Assembly: GCF_036971445.1 (NCBI RefSeq)
Contig: NC_091478.1
Location: forward strand, 79,918,001 to 79,982,000
Length of the DNA: 64,000 nt
Reading direction: 5' to 3'
Source: Narcine bancroftii
Lineage: Eukaryota
Translations under genes and position numbers: made by a program
The notes under the pieces: generated by a model
Told to the model about the DNA's origin: nothing
What the model saw: only the letters and a program-made list of their open reading frames with translations
Database searches by the model: none
Part shown: positions 46,823 to 59,860 of the stretch, piece by piece
Layout of the letters: each line of letters begins with the position of its first letter
Numbering within the stretch: the stretch's first letter is position 1

Positions 46823-48644
46823 AAACAGAAGTCTAGAAGGGTTGCTCTCATTCCATTCTCTGCCTCCAATTAACACATGCAAGGGGCTAGTTTTCACTCT
46901 AATCTTAAATCATTGAAGTTAACAATGGTGGCCAAACCTTCTGAGCAAAAACAATGCCATCCAGGGACTGAGTGGCACCTTTAGCAAGACTGTACATTTA
47001 CTGCTTCGTCAATCTACATAGTGACTGACAAGTAGTAACTTAAAAAATCAGCTGATTTGGGCAGGAAACAGATTTATGAATGGGCTGCCTTTTGACAGCT
47101 CATTGACTCTATCAGTAGTCAGTTAGCACTATTGTGTTAAAGTCAAGACAGGCATCAGGATATCTGGAGCTTGGGGGGTTCTGTCAAAGAGGTGAGAATT
47201 GATTCTTGTCTGGCAGGTTCTTTGGAAGCTTGTGATTGACTAAACAAAAAATGTTTTTTGAAAGCTTGACCTTATATGTTCGACCCTGCTCTCACTGGCT
47301 GGCTCATGACTCCTTCCCTTTATTCCCCATAAAGGCTGTCATGCCACAACCCTGCCTCCAGTTTGAGTCCGGGTCAGTGTGAGCCAGCAAGTCGAGATGC
47401 TGTCCATCTCTAGCTAATAAATGCCTTCAGATCCGTACTTCAGTCTTTTGGTTAATTGATCAGGCATCACAAGACAAACTTAGAACCATGCAATTACTCC
47501 AAACAAGTCAAATACAATGCACAGAGAGTGGGGCCAATCAAGAAATGTGTGTGGAAAGTAGCACTTATTCCCAAACATGAACTGTTGTTAGATTGGGCAT
47601 TGAGTTTTAATCCAGAATGAAGGCATTCCATTAGACAACAGGCTCACATGTTCAAGTGCTCCAGTTTGTGATCGCAGAACAACCAAACATTTGGTCCTTT
47701 TGAGCAAGGAAAATGCCCTACTAAAGTCTTGAATGTACAGCCACTGCAAGCAGCTGGTTAGGGGCGAGCTGTTGATGCCGTCAGCCTGTGACCTATCTCC
47801 CCACTCGCCCTTCTCCCTTCATTGGACCCCCTCAAGGCTGGGACAGTGGGGGCCATCAGGGCTGGGGCAGCCGGTGGGGACTATGACAGCCTCACTGGGC
47901 CACTTAGGCCTTTGAGGTCATTTTCTGCGGCTGAAAACGTGGCAGAGCAATGGCTGTCTTCCCAACCCATAATCCCCCATGCAGCTGGAACTGTTCTGGG
48001 AAACAGTCACCCTGCCTCTATCGGATCTGGCGGGCACTATGAGGTGCTGCTCAATGTGAATGCAATGCAGGAACAGCATTTTAGGGCTGCTCTTTGAAAG
48101 GCAAGTTTTAAGTTTTCCCTTTCTCTTGTAGTTGGCCTCCAGGCCTGGCATGAAATACCCTATTAAAAGAAATGGAACCACTCCCAAAATATGAATATAA
48201 AAGGTCCATTTTGCCAAGAATCTAAGAGTTTTAGAACACCCTGGTGAATAACATTGTCAATTTGCTCTCATTTTCTTATTTAATTTAACCTGCTAAATCT
48301 TAAGCCTGATCAAGTATGCAAATAGTAAATGTTGAATACACACTTCCTTAGTGTGTCCTTCCTTAAACTGGACTTCCTCCCTTAGTCTTTGAGCCAATTT
48401 GGAAATTCTTATAACCCTCTTGTCCTGCATAATTCCAAACTGATCTTGCATTTTTGCACTTTAAAAGTTATAGCTGATAAGCAAGTAACTCTGGGATTTG
48501 CTGGTGATCCAGTACGTTTAAATATCTGGCAACAGGAGGAGAAAAACCTGTTGTTTTAACTGCTTATAATCTTTTCCTGCACAACTTTTTAGTTCTTCAG
48601 GAAGTTGCATTTTTTTGGCACGCTTGAGCTTATTACAAATAAAA

Positions 48645-48850
48645 GGCAGCATGGTTAGTGCAATGCTGTTATAGCACGAGCAAAAGGTTCAAATCCCGTG
48701 CTGTCTTTCTGTCTGTAAGGAGTTTGTACATCCTCCTGGGTTTCCCCGGGGTGCTCCAGTTAGTTCCCACCATTCAAAAATTAGATATAGTTGAGCTGCA
48801 TGGGCTTGTGGGCTAAAAGGGCCCATTACTGTGCTGTATGTCTAAATTAA
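48645..48850 (+). mobile_element. tRNA-derived SINE (HE1/V-SINE-like)
   Basis: A-box-like tggttagtgcaatgc, B-box-like ggttcaaatcc, and a V-domain-like gggtttccccggggtgctccagtt. Confidence 0.6.
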
Positions 48851-49329
48851 CAAAAAAATTAAGAAATACAAATCTAAATTTATGACTTACTATAGTCTCA
48901 TTAATGCAAATGAAAATTAACTTTTTCCAAGTGTATTTTGTACTAGTCTTTCTCTGTTACGTTGCTGGTGCAGAGTCTCCAACCCATCCTCACACATGGT
49001 TAAGCAGCTTTGGTGATTACATTTTGATGATACAGCAAACGGCAATGATTGTGCAATAATCCCTCTCACTTGTCCAGATAGGGAAAGTACATTTTAAGAT
49101 ATTAGTAGTTGGTTTTAAGTTTGCCAGGAAGGTGGGGGGGGGGGGGGGGTAAAGATACAGGTTGCATTATTGTCACAAAATACTACATTTAGAATGTAAT
49201 ATGCATGAAATGCTTTAACTTTTAATGCAACAGACAGTGCCTCACAGAAACCTAGAGCACCTAGCATTCCTTGCCAGTCTCCCCACCAAGTACAGACAGG
49301 CCTGAGCCTGTTTAGCTTCCGAAACCAGC

Positions 49330-51990
49330 CAATCCCAGGCATAAGGTCTGGGAGGCGTCCTAGTGTGCAGGCATATGACATCATTTGGCCAGCAGGTTTA
49401 AAAAGGGCAGGATAGATTACCTTGCTTTACAGCTGGTGAGGAGCCAAGAGAGTTGTTGCAGAAACTGAGTAGCTCTGATTTAAACTTTTATTTAGACTGG
49501 TAGAGAGAAAATGAGTCCTTACAAAAAGGAGACAGCTGTGAGTTGATTTGTGGGAGACAGTAATTGGGTAATTAAGTTAATTGGTAAAGGGCCAATAAAA
49601 GGAGGGCGTGGTACAGATTGGTCCCAACAAAGGAGTTGGGTATTGAGGCTTTAGTGAGCTGGAGGTGAGTTGAGGGTTTTTTAAAAAAGTTTATTTTAAT
49701 TAGTCTAATTTAAATTGAAGAGTGGGTGATGGAGGCAGTTGATGGCTCTGATTGCAGGATGTGGGAGGTCAGGGACAGCACAAATGTTCCTGATGGCTAA
49801 AGGTGCAACTCATGGAAGACTGGGTTGGGAAGCTGGAGTTGCAGCTAGAGGAATTGTGGATCCTAAGGGAGGCAGAGGCAGTCACCCCTCCCTCCCCCCA
49901 ACAGTAGGAGTCAGAGGAAATGGCTGACTGTGTGAGGAAAGGGAAAGTGGGGAGACAGGCAGTATATAGTTCTCCTATGGCTATTCCCCTCATCTGTTGG
50001 GGGATGATTGACAGTGGATGTCATGGAGGTTGTGTCTCTGGCACAGGGGCTGGATGCTTGGCTCAGAAAGGAAGGGGGGGGGGGAGGGGGAAGAAAAAAT
50101 AGGGCATGTAGTTGGTAACTCATTAGTTAGGGAAACAGATAGGTGGTTTGCTGGTAAAGTCCACAGCATTCTGGAGGGGGAGGGTGAGCAGCCAGAAGTT
50201 GTGGTCCACATGGGGATCAATGACATAATTAGAAGTGGGGATGAGGTCCTGAAGAGGGATTACATAGAGTTAGGGAAGAAGTTGAAAACCAGGACCTCAA
50301 AGGTAGAAATCTTGGGATTTCTGCCTTTGCCATGTGCTAGTGAGGGTAGAAATAGAAAGTTCTGGAGGATGAATGCATGGCTCAGGAGCTGGGGCAGGGG
50401 TTTGGAGTTCTGGATCATTGGGATCTCTTCTGGTGAAAGTCTGACTTGTACAAAAGGGATAGGCTGCACTTGAACTGGAGGGGAACCAAAAGATCAATGT
50501 TTAGAAATCTCCAGATCCTGACAAAATGTTCCCTAGGTCCCTGAGGAAGGTTAGTGAGCAAATAGTGGGGGCATTGACAGAAATATTTAAAATGTCACTT
50601 GCCACGGGGGGGGGGGGGGGGGAGAGTACTGGAGGATGGCTCATGTTGTTCTGCTGTTCAAAAATGGATCCAGAAGTAAACCTGGTAAGTATAGGCCTGT
50701 AAGTCTGATTTCAGTTGTGGGTAAATTAATTGAAAGTGTTCTTAGAGATGTTATGTCCAACTATTTGGTAAGACAGGAATTGATTTGGAGTAGTCAGCAT
50801 GGTTTTGTGTGTGATAGATCTTGTCTAACAAATCTTAGTTTTTCAAGAAGGTTGCTAAAAAGGTTGAGGTAAAGATGGTGGATGTTGTCTATTTGGACTT
50901 TAGTAAGGCTTTTTATAAGGTTCCCCGCAAGAGGTTAGTGAGGAAGGTGGAAGCATTAGGTATTAATTATGAAGTAGCGAAATGGGGATGCCAGAGATTA
51001 GTAGTGGAAAATTATTTGTTGAATTGGAGGCCGATGACTAGTGGCGTGCCTCAGGTATTGGTACTAGGTCCACTGCTGTTTGTCATATTTTAATAATCTA
51101 GATGATAGGGTGGCAAATTAGATTAGTAAATTTGCAGATGATACAAAGGTTGGCAGTGTTATGGACAGCAAGGAAGATTATCAAAGCTTACAGTGTGACA
51201 TAGGACATTTAGAAGAGTGGGCTGAAAGATGGCAGATTGAGTTTAATAATGATAAATGTGAGGTGCTACATTTTGATAGGACTAATCAAAATAGGACATA
51301 CATGTTAAATGGTAGACAATTGAGGAGTGCAGTGGAACAAAGGGATTTAGGAGTCATGGTACATCATTATCTGAAAGTTGAATCACATGTAGATAAGATG
51401 TGAAGAAGGCATTTAGTATGTTGGCTTTCATAAATCAGAGTATAGCATACAGGAGTTGGGATGTTGTGTTGAAATTGTATTAAGGCATTGGTGAGACCAT
51501 ATTTGGAATATTGTGTGCAGTTTTGGTCACCAAGTTGCAGGAAGGGTCTAAATAGTATAGAGAGTGCAGAGGAGGTTTATGAAAATGTTGCTGGGGTTTG
51601 TGTTTGAGTTACAGGGAAAGGTTGAGCAGGCTGGGACTTTATTCCCTAGACTGCAGAAGGTTGAGTGGTGATTTGATAGAGGTATTCAAAATTGTAAAAG
51701 AGAAAGATGGTCAATGTGGATAGGCTTTTTCCACAGAGTGGGGGAAATTCAAACAGCATGTAGATTGAGAGTAAAAGGGGAAACTTGAGGGGAAATTTCT
51801 TCATGCCAAGAGTAGTGGTGGTATGGAATGAACCTCTGGCATAAATGACATGTTAATATTCAAGGAAAGGTTGGATAGGACAGAAGAGGTGTGAAGGGTT
51901 ATGGGCCAAATGTGGGTCAGTGGGACTTGGTGGGAGAAGATGTTTTGCATGGACTAGTAGGGCCAAACTGGCCTGTTAAGTGCTGTGATT
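49330..51990 (+). mobile_element. Degraded, internally deleted near-full-length CR1 LINE (5'UTR, ORF1 esterase, ORF2 RT, 3' tail)
   Basis: ORF1 VVGNSLVRETD..VVVHMGINDI..DRLHLN; ORF2 YRPVSLISVVGKL, YLDFSKAF, SGVPQ..LGPLLF, KFADD. Endonuclease region missing at ~50495. Confidence 0.88.
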
Positions 51991-52257
51991 GTGCTTTTGT
52001 CATTTATTCAACCTCTAAAAAAGAATATTATAATAGTATTACCCCTTCTCCCCCCCCCACCCCCCGCCTCAATTATACAGGAGTGACAAATGACATAAAG
52101 TGGCTGACTTTGGAAGGATTGATGGTACGAACCATCCTCCTGAACAGAACAATCAAAATAAAACTTTAAAATCAATTCCTGTTTGATTATACTACTTCCA
52201 AGTGTCTTGTTAACCTGATCATCAATTCCATTATCAATCAACTGTTAAGTTTCCATC

Positions 52258-55163
52258 TCTCGCTTCCCATTCTTCCCTTTCGGAACCAAAACAAGCTGCT
52301 GAGGGAGCCTTTTCCTCCTCGCTTCCCATTCTTCCCTTTCGGAACCAAAACAAGCTGTTGAGGGAGCCTTTCCCCCTCGCTTCCCATTCTTCCCTTTCGG
52401 AACCAAAACAAGCTGTTGAGGGAGCCTTTCCCCCTCGCTTCCCATTCTTCCCTTTCGGAACCAAAACAAGCTGTTGAGGGAGCCTTTCCCCCTCGCTTCC
52501 CATTCTTCCCTTTTGGAACCAAAACAAGCTGTTGAGGGAGCCTTTCCTCCTCGCTTCCCATTCTTCCCTTTCGGAACCAAAACAAGCTGTTGAGGGAGCC
52601 TTTCCCCCTTGCTTCCCATTCTTCCCTTTCGGAACCAAAACAAGCTGTTGAGGGAGCCTTTCCTCCTCGCTTCCCATTCTTCCCTTTCGGAACCAAAACA
52701 AGCTGTTGAGGGAGCCTTTCCCCCTCGCTTCCCATTCTTCCCTTTCGGAACCAAAACAAGCTGTTGAGGGAGCCTTTCCCCCTTGCTTCCCATTCTTCCG
52801 TTTCGGAACCAAAACAAGCTGTTGAGGGAGCCTTTCCCCCTCGCTTCCCATTCTTCCCTTTCGGAACCAAAACAAGCTGTTGAGGGAGCCTTTCCCCCTC
52901 GCTTCCCATTCTTCCCTTTCGGAACCAAAACAAGCTGTTGAGGGAGCCTTTCCCCCTCGCTTCCCATTCTTCCCTTTCGGAACCAAAACAAGCTGTTGAG
53001 GGAGCCTTTCCCCCTCGCTTCCCATTCTTCCCTTTTGGAACCAAAACAAGCTGTTGAGGGAGCCTTTCCTCCTCGCTTCCCATTCTTCCCTTTCGGAACC
53101 AAAACAAGCTGTTGAGGGAGCCTTTCCCCCTTGCTTCCCATTCTTCCCTTTCGGAACCAAAACAAGCTGTTGAGGGAGCCTTTCCTCCTCGCTTCCCATT
53201 CTTCCCTTTCGGAACCAAAACAAGCTGTTGAGGGAGCCTTTCCCCCTCGCTTCCCATTCTTCCCTTTCGGAACCAAAACAAGCTGTTGAGGGAGCCTTTC
53301 CCCCTCGCTTCCCATTCTTCCCTTTCGGAACCAAAACAAGCTGTTGAGGGAGCCTTTCCCCCTTGCTTCCCATTCTTCCCTTTCGGAACCAAAACAAGCT
53401 GTTGAGGGAGCCTTTCCCCCTTGCTTCCCATTCTTCCGTTTCGGAACCAAAACAAGCTGTTGAGGGAGCCTTTCCCCCTCGCTTCCCATTCTTCCCTTTC
53501 GGAACCAAAACAAGCTGTTGAGGGAGCCTTTCCCCCTCGCTTCCCATTCTTCCCTTTCGGAACCAAAACAAGCTGTTGAGGGAGCCTTTCCCCCTCGCTT
53601 CCCATTCTTCCCTTTTGGAACCAAAACAAGCTGTTGAGGGAGCCTTTCCTCCTCGCTTCCCATTCTTCCCTTTCGGAACCAAAACAAGCTGTTGAGGGAG
53701 CCTTTCCCCCTCGCTTCCCATTCTTCCCTTTCGGAACCAAAACAAGCTGTTGAGGGAGCCTTTCCCCCTCGCTTCCCATTCTTCCCTTTCGGAACCAAAA
53801 CAAGCTGTTGAGGGAGCCTTTCCCCCTCGCTTCCCATTCTTCCCTTTCGGAACCAAAACAAGCTGTTGAGGGAGCCTTTCCCCCTCGCTTCCCATTCTTC
53901 CCTTTCGGAACCAAAACAAGCTGTTGAGGGAGCCTTTCCTCCTCGCTTCCCATTCTTCCCTTTCGGAACCAAAACAAGCTGTTGAGGGAGCCTTTCCCCC
54001 TCGCTTCCCATTCTTCCCTTTCGGAACCAAAACAAGCTGTTGAGGGAGCCTTTCCTCCTTGCTTCCCATTCTTCCCTTTTGGAACCAAAACAAGCTGTTG
54101 AGGGAGCCTTTCCCCCTCGCTTCCCATTCTTCCCTTTCGGAACCAAAACAAGCTGTTGAGGGAGCCTTTCCCCCTCGCTTCCCATTCTTCCCTTTCGGAA
54201 CCAAAACAAGCTGTTGAGGGAGCCTTTCCCCCTCGCTTCCCATTCTTCCCTTTCGGAACCAAAACAAGCTGTTGAGGGAGCCTTTCCCCCTCGCTTCCCA
54301 TTCTTCCCTTTCGGAACCAAAACAAGCTGTTGAGGGAGCCTTTCCCCCTCGCTTCCCATTCTTCCCTTTCGGAACCAAAACAAGCTGTTGAGGGAGCCTT
54401 TCCTCCTCGCTTCCCATTCTTCCCTTTCGGAACCAAAACAAGCTGTTGAGGGAGCCTTTCCCCCTCGCTTCCCATACTTCCCTTTCGGAACCAAAACAAG
54501 CTGTTGAGGGAGCCTTTCCTCCTTGCTTCCCATTCTTCCCTTTTGGAACCAAAACAAGCTGTTGAGGGAGCCTTTCCCCCTCGCTTCCCATTCTTCCCTT
54601 TCGGAACCAAAACAAGCTGTTGAGGGAGCCTTTCCCCCTCGCTTCCCATTCTTCCCTTTCGGAACCAAAACAAGCTGTTGAGGGAGCCTTTCCCCCTCGC
54701 TTCCCATTCTTCCCTTTCGGAACCAAAACAAGCTGTTGAGGGAGCCTTTCCCCCTCGCTTCCCATTCTTCCCTTTCGGAACCAAAACAAGCTGTTGAGGG
54801 AGCCTTTCCCCCTCGCTTCCCATTCTTCCCTTTCGGAACCAAAACAAGCTGTTGAGGGAGCATTTCCCCCTCGCTTCCCATTCTTCCCTTTTGGAACCAA
54901 AACAAGCTGTTGAGGGAGCCTTTCCTCCTCGCTTCCCATTCTTCCCTTTCGGAACCAAAACAAGCTGTTGAGGGAGCCTTTCCTCCTTGCTTCCCATTCT
55001 TCCCTTTTGGAACCAAAACAAGCTGTTGAGGGAGCCTTTCCCCCTCGCTTCCCATTCTTCCCTTTCGGAACCAAAACAAGCTGTTGAGGGAGCCTTTCCC
55101 CCTCGCTTCCCATTCTTCCCTTTCGGAACCAAAACAAGCTGTTGAGGGAGCCTTTCCCCCTGC
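52258..55163. repeat. 58-bp minisatellite (CCTCGCTTCCCATTCTTCCCTTTCGGAACCAAAACAAGCTGTTGAGGGAGCCTTTCCC) x ~50
   Basis: Period 58 (2-nt shift per 60-nt line); a few recurrent single-base variants. Confidence 0.98.
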
Positions 55164-56520
55164 TTATTATCAGGTAAAGAATGAACAAATGTAAGAGTTT
55201 CAGCATCATTTTAAAAAAAAAAAAAAAATTGTAAATCTCCATTTTAAAAAAAAAACTTTAAGCAGAGCAGGATAACTTAAAGCAAAGATGTATCTCTTCA
55301 TCCACAGACCAGGTTTAGCTGAATTAAATTCTTTACAATGTTTAATTATAGCTTGACTCAAATCAGCATTTAAAAAAAAAACTCTTATTCTTAACAAGGG
55401 CCTTAATTGCTTCTTGCATTCAGTACAGCAAGTCTTAAAATCAATTCTCTGTCCTGATAACACAGACATTGAATCAAAATGGAACGTGGAGCTTGACCAG
55501 GGAGCGGCTTCCTTCTTGTTGCTCGATGACCTCTATCTAATTCCAGACCATTTGGGAAGTATGCTGTTCCCCAGACCTCAGGAATCCACTTCTGAAAAAA
55601 CTGAACTGGGTCTGGACCTTCAAAATCTTCCGGAAGACCAACAATTTTAACATTATTTCTGACTCTGATTCTCCAAGACATCAATCTTCTTTAACAAAAC
55701 ACTTTTCAGGATCTCCCAACCAGTAAATGAATCCATTATCTGTCCCATCCTTTCTTTACATTGGTCCACATCATCTTTACAATCAATAAATGCTTCTTCA
55801 ATCTTAAATTTATCTTGGACCTTATCCACTGCTTTCAGACACTTTACCACATCCATTTTAATAAAAGTTATTTCTCTCTTCATTTCAGAAAATTGTTCCT
55901 TAATAACTTAAAATCCTTGACACACTGGTGCAGCCAAATTCTCCATTTGTTTAGGCAGATCAATAGGTGAGGTTGGATCTGAATGATGAGGGTCAGACTT
56001 AAGCTAAGTCTCTCTCACCACAGGCCTAGGATCTAAATGATGAGGGTCAGACTTAAGCTAAGTCTCTCACCACAGGCCTACCCTTAAATATAACTAATCT
56101 TCCATTGCTTGCTCCTTTTTTTATTTCTCCTCTTCCAATCCAGTGATGTCCTCATCCCTCTCAGTTGATAGAGGTTGCCTCAACCTGACTAAGGGTGTGG
56201 ACTTCTCTTCCCCACCCCCCCTTCAGTCCAGAATTACTGGACTGAGGGAGGTCGGGTCCCCCCCACAGCCTGGGCTGTTTTGAGTGTAACGTGTTTCACG
56301 CATGCACAGTTGTTGGTTAGAGGGGGATTGACATCGGACACTGGTGCCATCTTGTACAGCAATATGTGCAAGATAGGCCAAGATTCTTCAGTAATTAAGT
56401 GTTTAGTAGCCATTTTCTTTGCTGGTTGAGCTTTAGTTTTCCTCATAGCTGTTTGTAGGGAACTTCACCAATGTAATCAGTTTTTAAATTAAAAAAAACC
56501 CATTTATATTATGAACCATC
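55164..56520 (-). mobile_element. L1/Tx1-type LINE 5' region and degraded ORF1 (coiled coil, RRM, CTD)
   Basis: KIDVLENQS..RNNVKIVGLPE..LELDRGHR..PRSILI..ADLS..KEFNSAK..YPALLKVF, with frameshifts. Confidence 0.85.
55975..56080. repeat. ~54-bp tandem duplication in L1 ORF1
   Basis: ggatct(g/a)aatgatgagggtcagacttaagctaagtctctc..accacaggccta occurs twice. Confidence 0.85.
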
Positions 56521-57499
56521 TTAATCTTTTAAAAATAAGTAATGCATGAAATGTAAGGCAGTATCTATTGTTCATTGATTTTTCAGGAATCTGATGTCAG
56601 CGGGGAAGAAGCTGACCTTGTGTGCTGAGTGCTTGTCTTTAGGCTCCTGTACCTTTTCCTGATAGTAGCACTGTGAAATGGGCATGACCGGGGTGGGGGT
56701 TGGGGGGGTCTTTGAGAATAGAGGCTGCTTTTGTTTTTAAAAAGGCACTGCCTCTTGTGGATGTCCTTGATGGAGTGGAGTCTAGTGTCTATGATGTTGC
56801 AGGCTGAGTTAAAACCCTCTAGAGTTTTTCCTTGTCTAGAGATTTGGTGCCTCCGTACCAGACAGTGATGCAACCAGCCAGTATGCTCTCCACAGTACAC
56901 CTATAGAAGTTTGAGAGTGCTCAATGACATACAGAATCTCCTTGCTCCTCAAAATATAGCTGCTGGTGGGCCTTCTTCTTTCCAATTGTATAGGAGGGGC
57001 CATTGAGTCCATGCCTGCTTTCAGGTCAATCCAATGAATCCCATTTCCCACCTTCACTCTCACCTTATTTCCCTGTAACCTATTCTCTCTCCAACATCGC
57101 CACCACAACTCTCTGACCCCTACTTACATGAGGAATCCGCAGACCAACAATTAACTGACCAATCAATGCATCTTTGGGTTTTGTAAGAAGTTGAAATGCT
57201 ATACATCTCGGATGCCAATTTAAGATTCTGAAATGCACTTGACTACAAATTGAATGCATTTGTGCTGTTGTGACTTGTATAATATGAAATTAAGATGATT
57301 CACTTTGTCATTATACCTTTAAATCAGCCAATGAACTACAACCAGCATCTAACTGGAGGTTGAAAAAAAAGTGCTATATACATTTCAATTAAAATCAACA
57401 ACGCTATTCTATAACAAACTTTTTTAAAGAAGTCCTGATTTTACAATGTGAGTGCAATACCATTCAGGACTTAACATAGTCACATCTCTTCTTGAGCTC

Positions 57500-59860
57500 C
57501 ACTGGTGCTCGAGCAAAGCACCCCTTGTAGTGTTTCCCAAGGGGAGAAGAGTCCGTGATTCAGGTGTGATGCATCCTTGATGTTTCTTGCCCTGCTCAGA
57601 CATCATTCCTTATAGATATTTTTGATGGTAAGCAATTGGATGCCAATAATCCATTGGGAAGTTTTCACTACCTGCTGGAGTGCCTTGTGATCTTGTGCAA
57701 GACAATTCCTGTACCACACCAAAATACCATGTTAGCATCTATAGAAATCCAACAATATGCTTGGACAGGGGTGTAGCCTCTTCACCCATTCTCAAAGAAA
57801 TAAAGATCCTGTTGTACTTTTTGATTGAAGAATTCAGGGACCAAGTGAGATCTTCAGAGATATGGATGCCAAGGAATTTAAAGTTCGAAGTTCCTCCACC
57901 TCTCTATTGATCTAAATCAGGATGTGGGTGTTGTTGGGTATAAGCCTGACATCATGATGCCCATGTCATGATGTCACCCTTCCATATATATATATATATA
58001 TATATATAACCCCATGTGTCAGCAACCATGTTACTCTATTAGAAGTAAAGGATGAGAAAGCATCACTTCTGAGTCTTAATTATGTGAGTGCATACACAAC
58101 AGTGGCGATGTGGAAAGAAATGAACCCTACACATACTCCATGCACACTCCAAATGGCCAGTAGTTTCACAGCTGAAAAATACCAAAGCAGATCCCATGAT
58201 TGACTGTCTACTAGCTATCTTTGCCACTTACGGATTGCCTCCTGAATTAGTTATGGACAATGGGCCTCAATTTACATCAGAACATTTAAAAAAAAATTTA
58301 AGTGTGACAATATCAGATGTATTTTGTCTGCACCCTATCACCCAAGTACTAATGGGGAGGCAGAACGCTTTGTACAAATGTTCAAAAAGCAATGAATACC
58401 ATGAAACTTCTAAATGCTTCCTAGACAGACAAAGTCACAGATTTACTGTTGGGATACCGAAGCACGCCACATTCTACCACAAAACACACTCCAACAGAAC
58501 TAATGTTTGGCTGCAACCTGCAGACCACGCTGTCCAAAGTTCTTCCAGATCTGGGTCTTTGATTGCAAAGAAACAGCATCGCCACAGACCTCACCTAGAA
58601 CTTTGAAAGGTGATGAGAGAGTTCTGGTTCAAGATTATAGACAATATAAAGACCCATGAGTGGTAGGAGTAATCTTACAAATATTGAGCCCCTGCTCATA
58701 CTCTGTTCTAGTGGGGGACAAATTATGGAAGTGACACATTGACCAATTACAAGCATTGACATACAAAGGTCCATGAACTGGAGGAGGTGGAACCAGACCT
58801 GCCATGGCCTGTCCTGACCATTCCACCCCTCAGGCCATGAAGCCGAGTAGTCCAGTAACTGAGATACGCAGTCAGGAGGGCAGTAAAGACAGGCAGTCAC
58901 TGCCGACTCGACCGCTGACCTGACTATCTACGGGTTTCGAACAAAGACTGGCACAGCAAACCACGCCGAGGCGGTCCAAATGCTTTAAGGACTATGTGTC
59001 CTGATTATTATTAAATAATTTCCCTTCTCTAATTATAATTACACATGTGATGTATTCTATTTCTCACTTGTAGTCCTGGGCCTGAGGTAATTTTATTAGT
59101 TCTAAGGGGCCCAGTCAGCATTTACTGCACAGTGGGGGAAGAGTGTTGGGTATAAGCCCACCCTCTGCTGGACATCATGATGCCCACGTCATGTGTCACC
59201 CTTCCATATATATAACCCTGTGTGCCAGTAGCCATGTTAGTCTATTAGAAATAAAGGATGAAAAAGCATCACGTTTCCAAGTCTTACTTGTGTGAGTGCA
59301 TGCACAACAGGTGTGGCTTCTGGCATGCCTGAAGTTCATGATGATCTCCTTGGTCTTCTGAGTGTTGAGTGCCAAGTTCTTATCGGCACACCGCAAGGCC
59401 AGGTGCTGAACCTCATCCCTATAGGCTGCTTCATCTTCCCATTTAATCAGGTCTACCTGTGGTGTCATCTGCAAACTTGATTGTTAAATTTGTACTAAAT
59501 ATAGGAATGTAGTTGGAGGTAAAAAGGAAATACAAAAGGAGGTTCAACGTGACTCTGGGGCATCCCGGTATTCAAGGTAAGAATGGAAGAGAAAATATTG
59601 CCCATCTTAACGGATTGAGGTCTGTTAGTTAGAAAGTGCAAAATCCAATTACAAAGGGATGGGCTCATACCATGCAGACGAAGTTTGGTTATCAGCCTAG
59701 AGGGGACAACAGTGTTGAAAGCCGAGCTGTAGTCGATGAATAGCAATCTAACGTAGGAGTTAGAGCTGTCCAAATGAGTCAGAGTGAAGTACTGTTGAAA
59801 TGGCTTCCTCGGTTGACATGTTAGTACTATAGGCAAATTGATGAGAGAATCCACGGTGGC
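57500..59860 (-). mobile_element. Rex1/Babar-type LINE RT fragment split by an LTR element
   Basis: [40 protein letters not shown] continues after the insert as FKFLGIHISEDLTWS. Confidence 0.82.
57932..59309 (+). mobile_element. Small non-autonomous Gypsy element: LTR (57932-58101), PBS, integrase remnant, PPT, LTR (59144-59309); TSD GGTGT
   Basis: Both LTRs run TGTTGGG...CAACA. PBS tggcgatgtgg resembles the tRNA-Ser TGGCGACGAGG. PPT gggggaagag. Integrase HSKWP..FATYGLPPELVMDNGPQFTS..APYHPSTNGEAERFVQ. GGTGT on both flanks. Confidence 0.93.

Noticed and set aside
52258-55163. CRISPR array (also considered for 7287-9290 and 36949-37466)
   Set aside because: Units are head-to-tail with no unique spacers, there are no cas genes, and the context is vertebrate.
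7287-55163. Relationship between the 29-bp and 58-bp (2 x 29) arrays
   Set aside because: No sequence similarity and no internal 29-bp periodicity in the 58-mer; the length ratio looks coincidental.
52234-55242. Three ~950-1000-aa ORFs as a real protein gene
   Set aside because: All three frames give the same 58-aa cycle because the 58-bp unit lacks stops; this is a repeat artefact.
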